Of a DNA stretch of 63,712 nt, positions 30,583 through 40,753 are shown in pieces; the stretch's first letter is position 1, and each line of letters starts with the position of its first letter. Origin of the DNA: an uncultured virus (IMG/VR IMGVR_UViG_3300037067_013648) (taxonomy: Duplodnaviria > Heunggongvirae > Uroviricota > Caudoviricetes); the IMG/VR virus record IMGVR_UViG_3300037067_013648; one strand, 5' to 3'. A program made the translations under genes and the position numbers. Under the pieces are notes generated by a model. The model ran no database searches. It worked only from the letters and a program-made list of their open reading frames with translations, and had not been told where the DNA came from.

Positions 30583-30771
30583 TTAATATTTATGATATTT
30601 AACTTTATAGTTCATACATTTAGGAACGTAATTTTTTATTAAATTCATAAATGCATTATTGCTTGTTGATTTTAATCTAAGATATAATCCAGTACCATAT
30701 TGTGATTTACCAATTGAAGATTCAATATTAAATCGTAACAATAATGACTGTAATAATAGATTTTTGAATAT
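30583..30771 (-). pseudogene. C-terminal remnant of a LAGLIDADG-family homing endonuclease
   Basis: Open frame with no start: IFKNLLLQSLLLRFNIESSIGKSQYGTGLYLRLKSTSNNAFMNLIKNYVPKCMNYKV. Confidence 0.62.
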
Positions 30772-30801
30772 TTATTTAATTAAATAATTTGTTATAAAAA
30801 T

Positions 30802-32715
30802 ATGGAGAATAATATGATTAAACAGATAATAGATACTCTAAATAAAGCTGATGATGCATATTATAATACTGGTGAGTCGTTGATGAGTGATGCTGATTAT
30901 GATAAGTTAAAAGACAAACTTAAGAAACTTGATCAAAATAATATTTATTTTAATAAAGTAGGTGCATCAGTACATCGCGGAGAAGAAAAGCTTTATATGC
31001 ATATGGGTAGTCAAAATAAGGCTACTACTGATGAAGAATTTTTAAAATGGTATACTAAAATAGGTGGACCAGTAGTTATTTCGGATAAGCAAGATGGTTC
31101 TTCAATGGAAATAACATATGAAGATGGTAAATTATCTAGAGTAGTTTCTAGAGGCGATGGCGTATCCGGGTTAAATCTGACAAAAAATGCTTTTTTATGG
31201 AGTAATATTCCAAAGACAGTTAAAGTTAAGGGCCGTTTAATTGTTCGTGCAGAAGCTTATATGAAAATAAGTATATGGAAGGAATATTTTTCAGATTCAG
31301 CCAATCCACGTAATTGTGCAAACGGGTTGGTTTCTCGTAAGACTGATGAGAAGAAAGATAACCAATATATATCAATTGCTGCTTTTGATATTGTTCATCC
31401 AACTATAAAGTTTTCCACTCAAACTGAGAAGTTTGCTACACTACAATCTCTTGGGTTTGATGTTGTGCGATATCATCGTTGTGAAAATATTGATGAAATC
31501 AAGGATATCAGAAAGCAATATATTGATGGTCGTTCTAATCTTGATTATGAAATTGATGGAATGATTGTAGCGTTTGATGATTTAAAAATTCAGGAAGAAT
31601 TAGGATATTCAGATGGTGGTACGAGGCCATTAGGGCAACTGGCTTGGAAGTTCGAATCTGTTGCTGTCATAACGGAAGTAATTGGTATGACCATAACTAT
31701 TGGCTCGACGGGAGCGATTATACCAACGGCAGTTTTAAAGCCTGTTTATTGTGGTGGTGTAACTGTTAGTAATGTATTGCTTAATAATTTTGAATATATT
31801 AATGATCTTAATATTAATATCAGTGATGAAGTTAAGGTTGAGCGTTCAGGGGATGTGATCCCCCACATAAGTGAAGTAGTCAAGAAGAATTCTGATGGAC
31901 CATACCCTCGTCCAACACATTGTTATGTATGTGGTGAGCCATTAAAAATTGATGGTAGATTTACTCTTTGTGTCAATGAATCTTGCCCTGGTAAAAAGGT
32001 TGAATTAATTCGTAATTGGATTAATAAAACTAATATTAAGCATATTGGTGATGAAGTTCTTAGTGCATTTACATCAAGTCCTCAAGCCTCTCCAGATGGT
32101 GTTAATCCGTTAGTTAATAGTATATCTGATCTTTATAAACTTACAGTTGATAATATTAAAAGTATTATAGTTGGAAATGGCGAACTTGGTAAATCAAATG
32201 CTACAAAAATAATTATGGAAATTGATAAGACTCGTAATATGGAAATAGATTTATTTATGGGATCTCTTGGAATTAAATTCCTTGGACGATCAATGGCTAA
32301 ACATATTGGGTATACTAAGCCAGAAGATTATATTAATGCTGATGAAAATGATCTTGCAACAAAAGATAATATGGGTCCAAATAAAGCTCGTGATATGAAA
32401 GCATCTATTTTAATGTTTAAGAATGCTATATTGGATTTGCAAAATGTTATTAAAATTAAGGAAGTTAATAATAAAATAAACACCAATGGTAAATTAGCTG
32501 GTAATTCTTTCTGTTTCACAGGAATTAGACCAACAGATGATGAACGTGATGTTATGGCTAAACTTGGTGCTATTGAGAAATCTTGTGTTTCTAAGGGTCT
32601 AACATATTTAGTCCAAAAAAATAAAGATAGCACATCTGGTAAGACTGAAAAGGCTCTTAGTTATGGTACAAAAATAATTGGATATGATGATTTTCAGGAT
32701 ATGATTAAGGAATAA
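30802..32715 (+). CDS. ligA: NAD-dependent DNA ligase (start may be ATG 30814)
   Basis: AYYNTG..MSDADYD, KQDG, SRGDG, DGMIV, ERSGDVIP, C4 Zn finger, BRCT. Confidence 0.95.
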   Translation: MENNMIKQIIDTLNKADDAYYNTGESLMSDADYDKLKDKLKKLDQNNIYFNKVGASVHRGEEKLYMHMGSQNKATTDEEFLKWYTKIGGPVVISDKQDGSSMEITYEDGKLSRVVSRGDGVSGLNLTKNAFLWSNIPKTVKVKGRLIVRAEAYMKISIWKEYFSDSANPRNCANGLVSRKTDEKKDNQYISIAAFDIVHPTIKFSTQTEKFATLQSLGFDVVRYHRCENIDEIKDIRKQYIDGRSNLDYEIDGMIVAFDDLKIQEELGYSDGGTRPLGQLAWKFESVAVITEVIGMTITIGSTGAIIPTAVLKPVYCGGVTVSNVLLNNFEYINDLNINISDEVKVERSGDVIPHISEVVKKNSDGPYPRPTHCYVCGEPLKIDGRFTLCVNESCPGKKVELIRNWINKTNIKHIGDEVLSAFTSSPQASPDGVNPLVNSISDLYKLTVDNIKSIIVGNGELGKSNATKIIMEIDKTRNMEIDLFMGSLGIKFLGRSMAKHIGYTKPEDYINADENDLATKDNMGPNKARDMKASILMFKNAILDLQNVIKIKEVNNKINTNGKLAGNSFCFTGIRPTDDERDVMAKLGAIEKSCVSKGLTYLVQKNKDSTSGKTEKALSYGTKIIGYDDFQDMIKE

Positions 32716-32718
32716 CAT

Positions 32719-32934
32719 ATGAGTAATTGCCCTTGTTCTGAATTAGAAGAAGCAAGGAAACATAGTCCTACTGGATATGTTCATAAGCAATTATATAATC
32801 AAATTACTGAACGATATAATGATGCAATTAAATTACTTAAGGAGATAGAATCTCCAGGGGTTGTCATTGATGGTCAAGTGTTTGTTAATTACGACTTAAA
32901 AGATCGTATTAAAGAGTTTCTTAATAGTATTTAA
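32719..32934 (+). CDS. hypothetical protein
   Basis: ORF with AAGGA RBS. Confidence 0.6.
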   Translation: MSNCPCSELEEARKHSPTGYVHKQLYNQITERYNDAIKLLKEIESPGVVIDGQVFVNYDLKDRIKEFLNSI

Positions 32935-32946
32935 TAAAATATTCAT

Positions 32947-33435
32947 ATGGAAACGTTATTAGAATATAGTCCGACGATAGCTGAGGCTTCAATTGAAGTT
33001 CCAGACTATTCACATAATAGATTTATGGCTATTGATGAAAATAAAACATCTATAAGACCAATTGTAGATAGAAATTTATTGGATATTAATGTATATAAAA
33101 CAAGTAAGCCTATCAATCATAAATTTTGGGTAATAGGTAATAATACTGATTTTCGTAGCGCTTTATCAAAAAATGATTTAGCAGATACTAATAATATAGT
33201 TGGAATTGGGTGCTTTGTACATGAAATAGGTAGTAATAAATATTTTACGTTTAATTTAAATGATGTAATATTTTATGGTCCAGCTATATTTCCAAATGGC
33301 GGAACATATATTAGTCTATATAACTGGAAAGTAATACATCAAGGAATTGTACCAAATAAAGATTATAATATATTAAAATCATATTTATCAGATATTTCAA
33401 ATGTAAAATATTGGGATTTTGAGAAACATTCATAG
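32947..33435 (+). CDS. hypothetical protein
   Basis: ORF track. Confidence 0.6.
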   Translation: METLLEYSPTIAEASIEVPDYSHNRFMAIDENKTSIRPIVDRNLLDINVYKTSKPINHKFWVIGNNTDFRSALSKNDLADTNNIVGIGCFVHEIGSNKYFTFNLNDVIFYGPAIFPNGGTYISLYNWKVIHQGIVPNKDYNILKSYLSDISNVKYWDFEKHS

Positions 33436-33465
33436 TATATAAATATCAAGGAGAAGATAATACAA

Positions 33466-34131
33466 ATGCGTAAATTGATAGTTTTGGAATCAATCAACGG
33501 TTTCGGCAAGACGACCATTATAAATAAATTAATAAGTCATTATCCTGATGCAATTATAACTAGTCATCCAGGTTCAACCGATATAGGTAAAGAGCTTAGA
33601 AAATTATTAAAATTTGGTAATTTTAATATTTGTGGTGAACAAGAACTAGCATTATTTGCAGCAGATGCGATAGGATTTTATAAAGAATATATAGAAGATA
33701 AAGATGATAATAAATTAGTAATTTGTGATAGGTTAAATTTAATTGGTGCAGTTACTTATCAAAGAGCTAAGGGAGTTAATCTTTCTGTTATAGATAGTAT
33801 GTATAATATGTTAGTTCATTCTGGATGGACTAAGAAAATCGATAAATTATTAATATTTAACGCACCATATGAAATTATTCAATCAAGAATTAAAAAGCCT
33901 ACTTTAGTAGATCAGGATAAAGTACAAGGTGATAAAAAAGACAGATTTGAGTCTGCTGGTGATGAATATATGAAACTTGTTTATAAATATTATCAATGTA
34001 TATTATATGATAATAATATTAGATCATTGTTAAAAAGATTTGTTAAGCCGGATAATATATATCAAATAAATGCTGCAAAAACAATAGATGAAGTATTTGT
34101 TGATGTTAAAAATGTTATAGATCAAAATTAA
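33466..34131 (+). CDS. tmk: thymidylate (dTMP) kinase
   Basis: ESINGFGKTT, HPGST.IGKELRK, ICDR, DRFE. Confidence 0.85.
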   Translation: MRKLIVLESINGFGKTTIINKLISHYPDAIITSHPGSTDIGKELRKLLKFGNFNICGEQELALFAADAIGFYKEYIEDKDDNKLVICDRLNLIGAVTYQRAKGVNLSVIDSMYNMLVHSGWTKKIDKLLIFNAPYEIIQSRIKKPTLVDQDKVQGDKKDRFESAGDEYMKLVYKYYQCILYDNNIRSLLKRFVKPDNIYQINAAKTIDEVFVDVKNVIDQN

Positions 34132-34406
34132 TGTCAAGGTATAATATGCCTAAAATTAAATTGAATAAAACAAAGTCTAATAAAAAATCTGATAAAATTA
34201 TTTGTGAAGAATGTGGTGTTAATGTTGTTTCAAATGAAAGATTTAAATTGATAGGTAGAGCTATATGTGGAGAATGTTCAGATAAAGGCCAATTAGAAAT
34301 AATGGCAGTAAATGATTGTGATAAAGATGGAGTATCTGAATTTAATTTAGTTGATGCTAAAACATTTCATGCTTATTCTTCTACTACTAAATCGTTAAGC
34401 GACTAA
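34131..34406 (+). CDS. C4 zinc-finger protein, TraR/DksA-like spacing
   Basis: CEECG...ER......CGEC. Confidence 0.55.
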   Translation: MSRYNMPKIKLNKTKSNKKSDKIICEECGVNVVSNERFKLIGRAICGECSDKGQLEIMAVNDCDKDGVSEFNLVDAKTFHAYSSTTKSLSD

Positions 34407-34889
34407 ACTTGTTGACATTAAATTGTTCATACATATATCTATCATATCTTTATAAATTTCAGATTCTCTAAATTGATCAATAAATTCTTGTGAATGAGGT
34501 TTAAATTCTGCAGTAATTTCTTTTGCGTCATATTCATTTGTATCAATTCGTGTTACTTTATTAGTTGAATTAATGTATTCTCTTAATTCTTTTAAAGTAC
34601 CAGATTTATTTAAAAATTGCATTAACATTATTTGTTTTTGCTGATCACTTAAATTAGACCAATTTGATGATTCTGTATCAAATCCATGTCCCCATATATT
34701 TATTTCATCAGTATTGATAATGTCTTTAATCAATTGTATTTGTATATAATTCCAATTTACTATTGATTCAATTAAATATTTATTAGTTTCAGTTATAATA
34801 TTTGATTTATCAATATAAAGGTCATATGGATTTTTTCCTTCAATAATTGTTGTTATTAATTTAAGATTGTATTCCATAATGACTCTCAA
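34395..34889 (-). CDS. hypothetical protein
   Basis: ORF track. Confidence 0.6.
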   Translation of the reverse strand: MRVIMEYNLKLITTIIEGKNPYDLYIDKSNIITETNKYLIESIVNWNYIQIQLIKDIINTDEINIWGHGFDTESSNWSNLSDQQKQIMLMQFLNKSGTLKELREYINSTNKVTRIDTNEYDAKEITAEFKPHSQEFIDQFRESEIYKDMIDICMNNLMSTSLVA

Positions 34890-35052
34890 GTAAATTTGAT
34901 ACTTTTATCCATATCATTGGTCTTTTTTCAATTGGTATTGGGTTATTAGAGTAATATTCTTCAAGATAAAATTCTAATAGGTTATCGGTATATATTTTAT
35001 TAAGTTTAATAAACCCATTCACTATTTCATTTATCTGGCTATTATGTTTCAT
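34861..35052 (-). CDS. hypothetical protein
   Basis: ORF track. Confidence 0.5.
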   Translation of the reverse strand: MKHNSQINEIVNGFIKLNKIYTDNLLEFYLEEYYSNNPIPIEKRPMIWIKVSNLLESHYGIQS

Positions 35053-35106
35053 ATATTAGTTACTGTTTATGATTTATCGTAATATATTAATACACAAATA
35101 TATTAT

Positions 35107-35262
35107 ATGAATATATTTAAAATATTTCTTATAATATTGAATATATTGGCTTTTTTATCTGCATTGAATTGGTATTTTGATCAGCACAATAAAAATAAAT
35201 TAGTATTAGATATTATTATTGCTATTTTTGTTGTTATGTTAGTTATAACTATATTTATCTAA
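35107..35262 (+). CDS. 51-aa two-TM membrane protein (not in ORF track)
   Basis: MNIFKIFLIILNILAFLSALNWYFDQHNKNKLVLDIIIAIFVVMLVITIFI; CAAATATATTAT directly before ATG. Confidence 0.55.
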   Translation: MNIFKIFLIILNILAFLSALNWYFDQHNKNKLVLDIIIAIFVVMLVITIFI

Positions 35263-35467
35263 TTATTGAATAATTTTGACCTTTTTTACAAATAATTTCT
35301 TTTTTTACTAAATCATTTATTACTGATGTTATTTTTTCAAAATCTACTGGCTGTAAATTTTTACTATAATAGCTATGAATTTTAACAGCTAAAGCAGTTG
35401 GACTTACATCATCTTTATTTTGAATATTAAAAACATAATCCTCAACGGTAATAGATCTTAAATTCAT
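35255..35467 (-). CDS. small winged-helix-like hypothetical protein
   Basis: INDLVKKEIICKKGQNYSI wing-like end. Confidence 0.55.
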   Translation of the reverse strand: MNLRSITVEDYVFNIQNKDDVSPTALAVKIHSYYSKNLQPVDFEKITSVINDLVKKEIICKKGQNYSIIR

Positions 35468-35499
35468 AATATATATTTGCGTGAAATAATTTAATTATA

Positions 35500-36153
35500 T
35501 TAACGTTTGATAATTATATAGCCATTTTCATCAGTACTACTAACAATGTTTTTATTACTAAGATATAAACTTAATTCAGTAGCTATCGTCCATGGTAGGA
35601 TAAATTTTATATGGAAGTCATCATAACTATTTTCATCTTTAATTTCTGATTTTAATTCATAATCTACTGATTGTGATAAAAAACCAGCTAAATCATTTAT
35701 TCTGAATTTATTATCATTAATTTTAGATATAGTTATAAAATTTGAAATTTTCTTTGATGTTTTTATTGCTGACCACCATTTAATAAATTCAGAAAAAATA
35801 TTTTCAGGAGTAGTCTTTATTTCTTTTTGAAATTCTGATGCTTGTTGACATCCGTTCAATGCCCAATGTAATCTAAAATATAAATTTCCTAAATGACCGT
35901 GAATTATTGATAAATAGTTTCCATAGCCATCAAATAATTTATTGTTGTTATATAATAATGGTACACATTTTCTAATATTGATATGTTTTAAATAATCTTG
36001 AGTTATAATAAATTTATTGTTTGTATTTATTACTTTAATAGAATTATCGCTAAGTTTTTTTATAAAATCTTGCCATTCTGTTTTATTTAAAATTAACTTA
36101 GTTAATTTTAAATCTTTTTTTCCATCATTAAAAGAATAGTCTTTTGAGTCCAT
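35500..36153 (-). CDS. hypothetical protein
   Basis: ORF track. Confidence 0.6.
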   Translation of the reverse strand: MDSKDYSFNDGKKDLKLTKLILNKTEWQDFIKKLSDNSIKVINTNNKFIITQDYLKHINIRKCVPLLYNNNKLFDGYGNYLSIIHGHLGNLYFRLHWALNGCQQASEFQKEIKTTPENIFSEFIKWWSAIKTSKKISNFITISKINDNKFRINDLAGFLSQSVDYELKSEIKDENSYDDFHIKFILPWTIATELSLYLSNKNIVSSTDENGYIIIKR

Positions 36154-36156
36154 TAA

Positions 36157-36369
36157 TTATCCTTGTAAAACTTTTTCTTTTGCTTTTGCTTTTTTTCCGA
36201 TTACTCTCCAGTACCTATTAGTAATTGGATTTTTCTGAAAATCGATTGATTCATGTTTTATATATTCACAACTAACAATATTAATACCATCATCATATAA
36301 TTTATTTAATTCCTTTTCTAAATCTTCTGGACCGACATTACCTTTAAAGTCTTTTACAACGTAAGTCAT
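36157..36369 (-). CDS. hypothetical protein
   Basis: ORF with AAGGA RBS. Confidence 0.6.
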   Translation of the reverse strand: MTYVVKDFKGNVGPEDLEKELNKLYDDGINIVSCEYIKHESIDFQKNPITNRYWRVIGKKAKAKEKVLQG

Positions 36370-36378
36370 TTTAGTTCC

Positions 36379-36867
36379 TTAGTTTGAGTAGATGTATACG
36401 TTATTTATGTGTGGCTGCCAAATTTCTTTTATTAAGTATTCTATAAATTCCCAATCACCACCAGCTAAGCCTGATCCAAATTTTGGACAATGTAATTCAA
36501 AATCTGGCTTTAATATAGTTTTGGCAGCCCTCATCGCATCAACAAGTGCGGTATATTTAATTGGTGTTTTATTTGAAGGAGATTTAACACCATTCTGGGC
36601 TATAGCATTAATAACAGTTAAATTTTCATCAATTGGGACGACTACTATTTTGCCAAGTAAAAATTTTTTACTATCGGGCCAAGCTGAAAATTTTGAACAA
36701 AATTCTCTATATCTTTCTTCTGGTTCTTTATTAAATTTAGTAAGATTTTTGGTGAAACCAGCACCCCATTTGTTAATATTATTGCATATATGTAATATAT
36801 ATTTATTTTTAGCTTTCCCAGTTTTTCCAATTAACTTAAATAAATCACCATCAACATACTTTAACAT
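36379..36867 (-). CDS. macro domain (ADP-ribose processing) protein
   Basis: YVDGDLF, HICNN..WGAGF, NAIAQ, PKFGSGLAGGDW. Confidence 0.88.
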   Translation of the reverse strand: MLKYVDGDLFKLIGKTGKAKNKYILHICNNINKWGAGFTKNLTKFNKEPEERYREFCSKFSAWPDSKKFLLGKIVVVPIDENLTVINAIAQNGVKSPSNKTPIKYTALVDAMRAAKTILKPDFELHCPKFGSGLAGGDWEFIEYLIKEIWQPHINNVYIYSN

Positions 36868-36911
36868 GACTTCTCCAGTTATTTTAAATACTCACTTAAA
36901 GTATTAAAATA

Positions 36912-37508
36912 TTAAGGTTTTTTATATATAGATACACCGTGAAATTTTGATGGTTTTGATAAATTTATAACTGGTATTGGTCCAAACATATATTTTATAC
37001 CGTTATAAACTCTTTTATAATTAGCATCATGCATTATTAAATAACCACCACTTTTTACAGTTTTAAGACTATTTTTTATATCAGTTATTACTTGGTTTGT
37101 TCCATGTCCACCATCTATGAATGATAAATCATTATCATTGTCTTTTAAAATTGGCAAAACATCTGTACTAGATTTTTCTATTCTTATTATTTTAATATTT
37201 TCGTCATTATATTCTAATTTATTATTAAATTTAATATCTATACATATTAATCTACCACCACCTAAATATTTTAAAGCAGTTAAAAAAGCTAAGCTACTAG
37301 TATGATTAAACGATCCTATTTCAACAATATTTTTCAATTTGTTTTTTATTACAAATCTGTATAATCCAGCCCACTCTTCTATTTTGATAGCTAAATGAAA
37401 ATTAGAAACAATCTTCTTAGCTATTTCTAAATCATTTAATTCATATTCAAATCTGTTATTTAATTCTTTATGCAAATCATCTGTCGAAACTAAACTTAAA
37501 TCAATCAT
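36912..37508 (-). CDS. class I SAM methyltransferase (Methyltransf_24-like)
   Basis: IVEIGSF, CIDI, FIDGGH, GGYLIMHD. Confidence 0.85.
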   Translation of the reverse strand: MIDLSLVSTDDLHKELNNRFEYELNDLEIAKKIVSNFHLAIKIEEWAGLYRFVIKNKLKNIVEIGSFNHTSSLAFLTALKYLGGGRLICIDIKFNNKLEYNDENIKIIRIEKSSTDVLPILKDNDNDLSFIDGGHGTNQVITDIKNSLKTVKSGGYLIMHDANYKRVYNGIKYMFGPIPVINLSKPSKFHGVSIYKKP

Positions 37509-37537
37509 TATATAGATTTTATTAATAAATCAATTTA

Positions 37538-38275
37538 TTATACCTGGGTTTTCTTTTTTATTTCTGTTAAAATTAATTTCTTTTTAAAATCATCTAAATA
37601 TTCGTTCCAATAACATATATGTTCCTTACTTAAAGAATTAATAAAATTATCAAAATTATAAAGATTTTCTTTTGATGATTTATCTACAATTTCTTTTCTA
37701 AGTAGTTTTTGAACAACTTTTGGTAAATCTATTGAAGTAGATTTTTTAATATCATGATCAGAAATTTTATCTATATCATCTTGTTTAATTACTATATTAT
37801 CTAATATTTTTGGTTTATCTATAGTTGATACTTGATCAACATCAGGATTTGGCAAATCACACATAGATATAGGATTATTATTATTTCTTTGTTTTTGAAT
37901 TTTTGCAGCCCAATTTTTCTGATATCTAGCAGTAACAAATACACCAGACATTCCTTTAATACCATTCATTGTATCAACTGATTTAGCAGTATAAATTAAA
38001 ACTCCTAAAGCGTGTCTAAGATCATCTTCGGTATGATTTGGAAAAGCTTTTTTAATTTCATCCATAGTAGAAGGACCGTTTTTATCCAAAAATTGATACA
38101 TTTCATTATCTGTACAATATGGTTCGTTTCTTTTTAATTTCCAACCGTTATTAATTAAAAATTTAAATTCATCCGACTCTTTATTAGGAGAATCGATTCT
38201 AGCCACCATATCATTTTTAATTAACCAATACCTATTCATTTTGAATCCTTTCGTTATATTTATATATTCAAACAT
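37538..38275 (-). CDS. hypothetical protein
   Basis: ORF track. Confidence 0.6.
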   Translation of the reverse strand: MFEYINITKGFKMNRYWLIKNDMVARIDSPNKESDEFKFLINNGWKLKRNEPYCTDNEMYQFLDKNGPSTMDEIKKAFPNHTEDDLRHALGVLIYTAKSVDTMNGIKGMSGVFVTARYQKNWAAKIQKQRNNNNPISMCDLPNPDVDQVSTIDKPKILDNIVIKQDDIDKISDHDIKKSTSIDLPKVVQKLLRKEIVDKSSKENLYNFDNFINSLSKEHICYWNEYLDDFKKKLILTEIKKKTQV

Positions 38276-38301
38276 TTAATTATAAATTATCGGAGAATTT
38301 T

Positions 38302-38760
38302 ATGGGCGATATAGCTGATTATTATGTTGATCTTGGTATGAATGAAGATAACAATATTGAATTAGGTATAGATAAAGGTGATATGGAAGATGAAACAGAA
38401 AGAAATGTAAACCAATTTGGAACTAAATTAGTTAGATGCAAATACTGTGGAAAATCAGAATTACATTGGGAAATGACCAATAAAGGATATAGATTATTCA
38501 GTAATGATGGAGTAATACATGACTGTTATATTAGGGAAAATTCATTTGGATTAACTCCATTTGATTATTTCAAAGATGAAAATGAAGTAAATTCAAGATC
38601 AAATAAAACAACAAATGATCAATCAATATTTTATGACTGGAATGAAGCTAAGCGAACTGCAATATCAAATATTAAACCTGGACAATATTCAGAAATTAAA
38701 ACAACAGTTATAAATAATAGAATGACTTATATATTAACAATTAAAACTAAAAAATATTAA
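38302..38760 (+). CDS. hypothetical protein
   Basis: GGAG RBS; CKYCG. Confidence 0.65.
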   Translation: MGDIADYYVDLGMNEDNNIELGIDKGDMEDETERNVNQFGTKLVRCKYCGKSELHWEMTNKGYRLFSNDGVIHDCYIRENSFGLTPFDYFKDENEVNSRSNKTTNDQSIFYDWNEAKRTAISNIKPGQYSEIKTTVINNRMTYILTIKTKKY

Positions 38761-39386
38761 ATATTAGTTAATGTTCTAAGATTTTTTCTAGCAAAAGATT
38801 CTAATTCTTTTGCTTTATAAAATATTTTTACTCTGCCAAGTAATTCTAATGCCCAACGAGATCTTTGTGACTTAAATTCACAATCATTTATATTAAGATA
38901 TTCTAACCTAATATCTTGACAATATTTGTTAAATATTGGTTTGCTTGATGCAAGTATACTCATATCAGCATCAAGCAATTCTTCATTTCCAAAAAGATCA
39001 ATCGATATATGCTGTTCAGTCGATAAAATATGTTTTGATATTTTAAATATTGTGCTTGATTTTATACCGAATAAAGATAAATGATTGGCGCATAATTGTG
39101 CAGAACAATATTCGTTCATACTAGATCCAGGTACATATATAATATCATGATAAATAGCTGCTAGAACAACTTCTGGGTTATTAGTTATTAATTTATTTAA
39201 AACATGTCCGATATGATCAATATTGTGGTAATGTCTATGAGGTTCTGAATATCTATTAATAATATTATCAAATAGTTTCATATAATTATTTTTATTATTA
39301 TCAGTTAACTTAAATCCGACAGCTTTTAAAGCTAAAATGAAAGATTTTGAAATTGAATTTATTGTCTTTGGGTTTATATTATGCAT
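38757..39386 (-). CDS. HD-superfamily metal-dependent phosphohydrolase
   Basis: RYSEPHRHYHNIDH, YHDIIY, LLDADMSIL, IRLEY; start refined to 39386, 5 nt after class B motif. Confidence 0.85.
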   Translation of the reverse strand: MHNINPKTINSISKSFILALKAVGFKLTDNNKNNYMKLFDNIINRYSEPHRHYHNIDHIGHVLNKLITNNPEVVLAAIYHDIIYVPGSSMNEYCSAQLCANHLSLFGIKSSTIFKISKHILSTEQHISIDLFGNEELLDADMSILASSKPIFNKYCQDIRLEYLNINDCEFKSQRSRWALELLGRVKIFYKAKELESFARKNLRTLTNI

Positions 39387-39438
39387 ATAATTTAAATACA
39401 TTCATAATTTAATCAAAATATATTGTAGGGATATATTT

Positions 39439-39864
39439 ATGAAAGTTGCATTCTTTAAAGGAACTGGAATAATAGATTTATTAATAAGATTTTATACATT
39501 TAGTAAATACAGTCATTGTGAATTATTATTTAATGATGGATCATGGTTTGGTTGTAAGCCAAATGGTGATACTAAAACTAATTATAGAAGTAGAATAATA
39601 AATGATAAATGGGATTTTATTGAATTAAATATAACACCTGAAGAAGAAAAGAAAATAAAAATTTGGTGTGACAATGAAGTTGGTTGTAGTTATGATTGGA
39701 AAGGAATTTTTCTATCACAAATTTTACCATTTGGTGAACAAAGTAAAGATAAATGGTTTTGTAGTGAAATATGCGTAGAAGCATTGCAAGTAATTGGTAA
39801 ATTGTTAGGAATCACATCATGGAAAATTTCACCAGGAAAATTATATAAATTACTTACTAAATAA
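39439..39864 (+). CDS. permuted papain-like (YiiX/NlpC-P60-like) amidase
   Basis: YSHCEL...YDW...WFCSE...SPGKL (His before Cys). Confidence 0.78.
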   Translation: MKVAFFKGTGIIDLLIRFYTFSKYSHCELLFNDGSWFGCKPNGDTKTNYRSRIINDKWDFIELNITPEEEKKIKIWCDNEVGCSYDWKGIFLSQILPFGEQSKDKWFCSEICVEALQVIGKLLGITSWKISPGKLYKLLTK

Positions 39865-40063
39865 TTTTTGTAACATTAGTTCTGTTTTTAATATAATTAT
39901 CACATGATTTAATTGGCCAAGTATATCCATCATGTAATTTATAACACTTTACTTCGCCAAGATGTCCACAAAATCTACTTGAAAATCCTATAATTTTATG
40001 CCATACTCCATTATCTTCTTTTATTTCGTCACCTATTTTTAATAATGGATTACCATTATTCAT
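39857..40063 (-). CDS. hypothetical protein
   Basis: ORF track. Confidence 0.5.
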   Translation of the reverse strand: MNNGNPLLKIGDEIKEDNGVWHKIIGFSSRFCGHLGEVKCYKLHDGYTWPIKSCDNYIKNRTNVTKII

Positions 40064-40088
40064 ATTAATATTTACTCAAAAATAGCTT

Positions 40089-40739
40089 ATGCGGGCTACA
40101 ACCTTACAAGATATTATTATTGATAGCAATGGTATAATCATTATTGAATCTGGAACACATGTAATTATAACAGAAGAAATAATATTAGAAAGTTTCTTAT
40201 CTAAAATAAAATCAATTATAGATGTTATTAAAAATCCAAAAATGTTCAATTCAAGAGCAGCAACTAATATTAATGATATAATTAATAAAGTGATTGCTGC
40301 AGAAAAAGATAATACTATTGAAAAAAATACTATCGTAAATCATAATTTAGATAAAAATTCCGCTGAAGCGTTTACAACTATAATTAAAGGTCCAACTAAA
40401 TTTATTAAAAAGTTGTTTAGATATTTTAAACACAAAACAGAATATTCTTGTACGTTTGTTCCTGGGTATGTATATGATATCGATGATTTAGCAGCATTAA
40501 AACATAAAGCTCCCAAAGATGAAATTGGTCCATTTTCTAAATTGTATATTAGTCATTTAACTCAATCTGATTATGATAAAGCTGCTAATTTAAAACAAGG
40601 ACAAGAGGAACAAGACGAGCAGCAAGATCAACAAGAACCAATAGAACAAAATGATCAACAAGATATAAAACCTAAACATAAAGAAACTTCTTATAAAGAT
40701 TTAGATATAGAAATAAAAGAACCTGTATTCAGCAATTAA
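40089..40739 (+). CDS. hypothetical protein with acidic Gln-rich tail
   Basis: ORF track. Confidence 0.6.
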   Translation: MRATTLQDIIIDSNGIIIIESGTHVIITEEIILESFLSKIKSIIDVIKNPKMFNSRAATNINDIINKVIAAEKDNTIEKNTIVNHNLDKNSAEAFTTIIKGPTKFIKKLFRYFKHKTEYSCTFVPGYVYDIDDLAALKHKAPKDEIGPFSKLYISHLTQSDYDKAANLKQGQEEQDEQQDQQEPIEQNDQQDIKPKHKETSYKDLDIEIKEPVFSN

Positions 40740-40753
40740 TGTATTTAAAATGA

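Noticed and set aside
36392..36907. 171-aa + strand ORF and other short antisense ORFs inside recognised genes
   Set aside because: They overlap well-supported genes on the opposite strand or frame and lack motifs.
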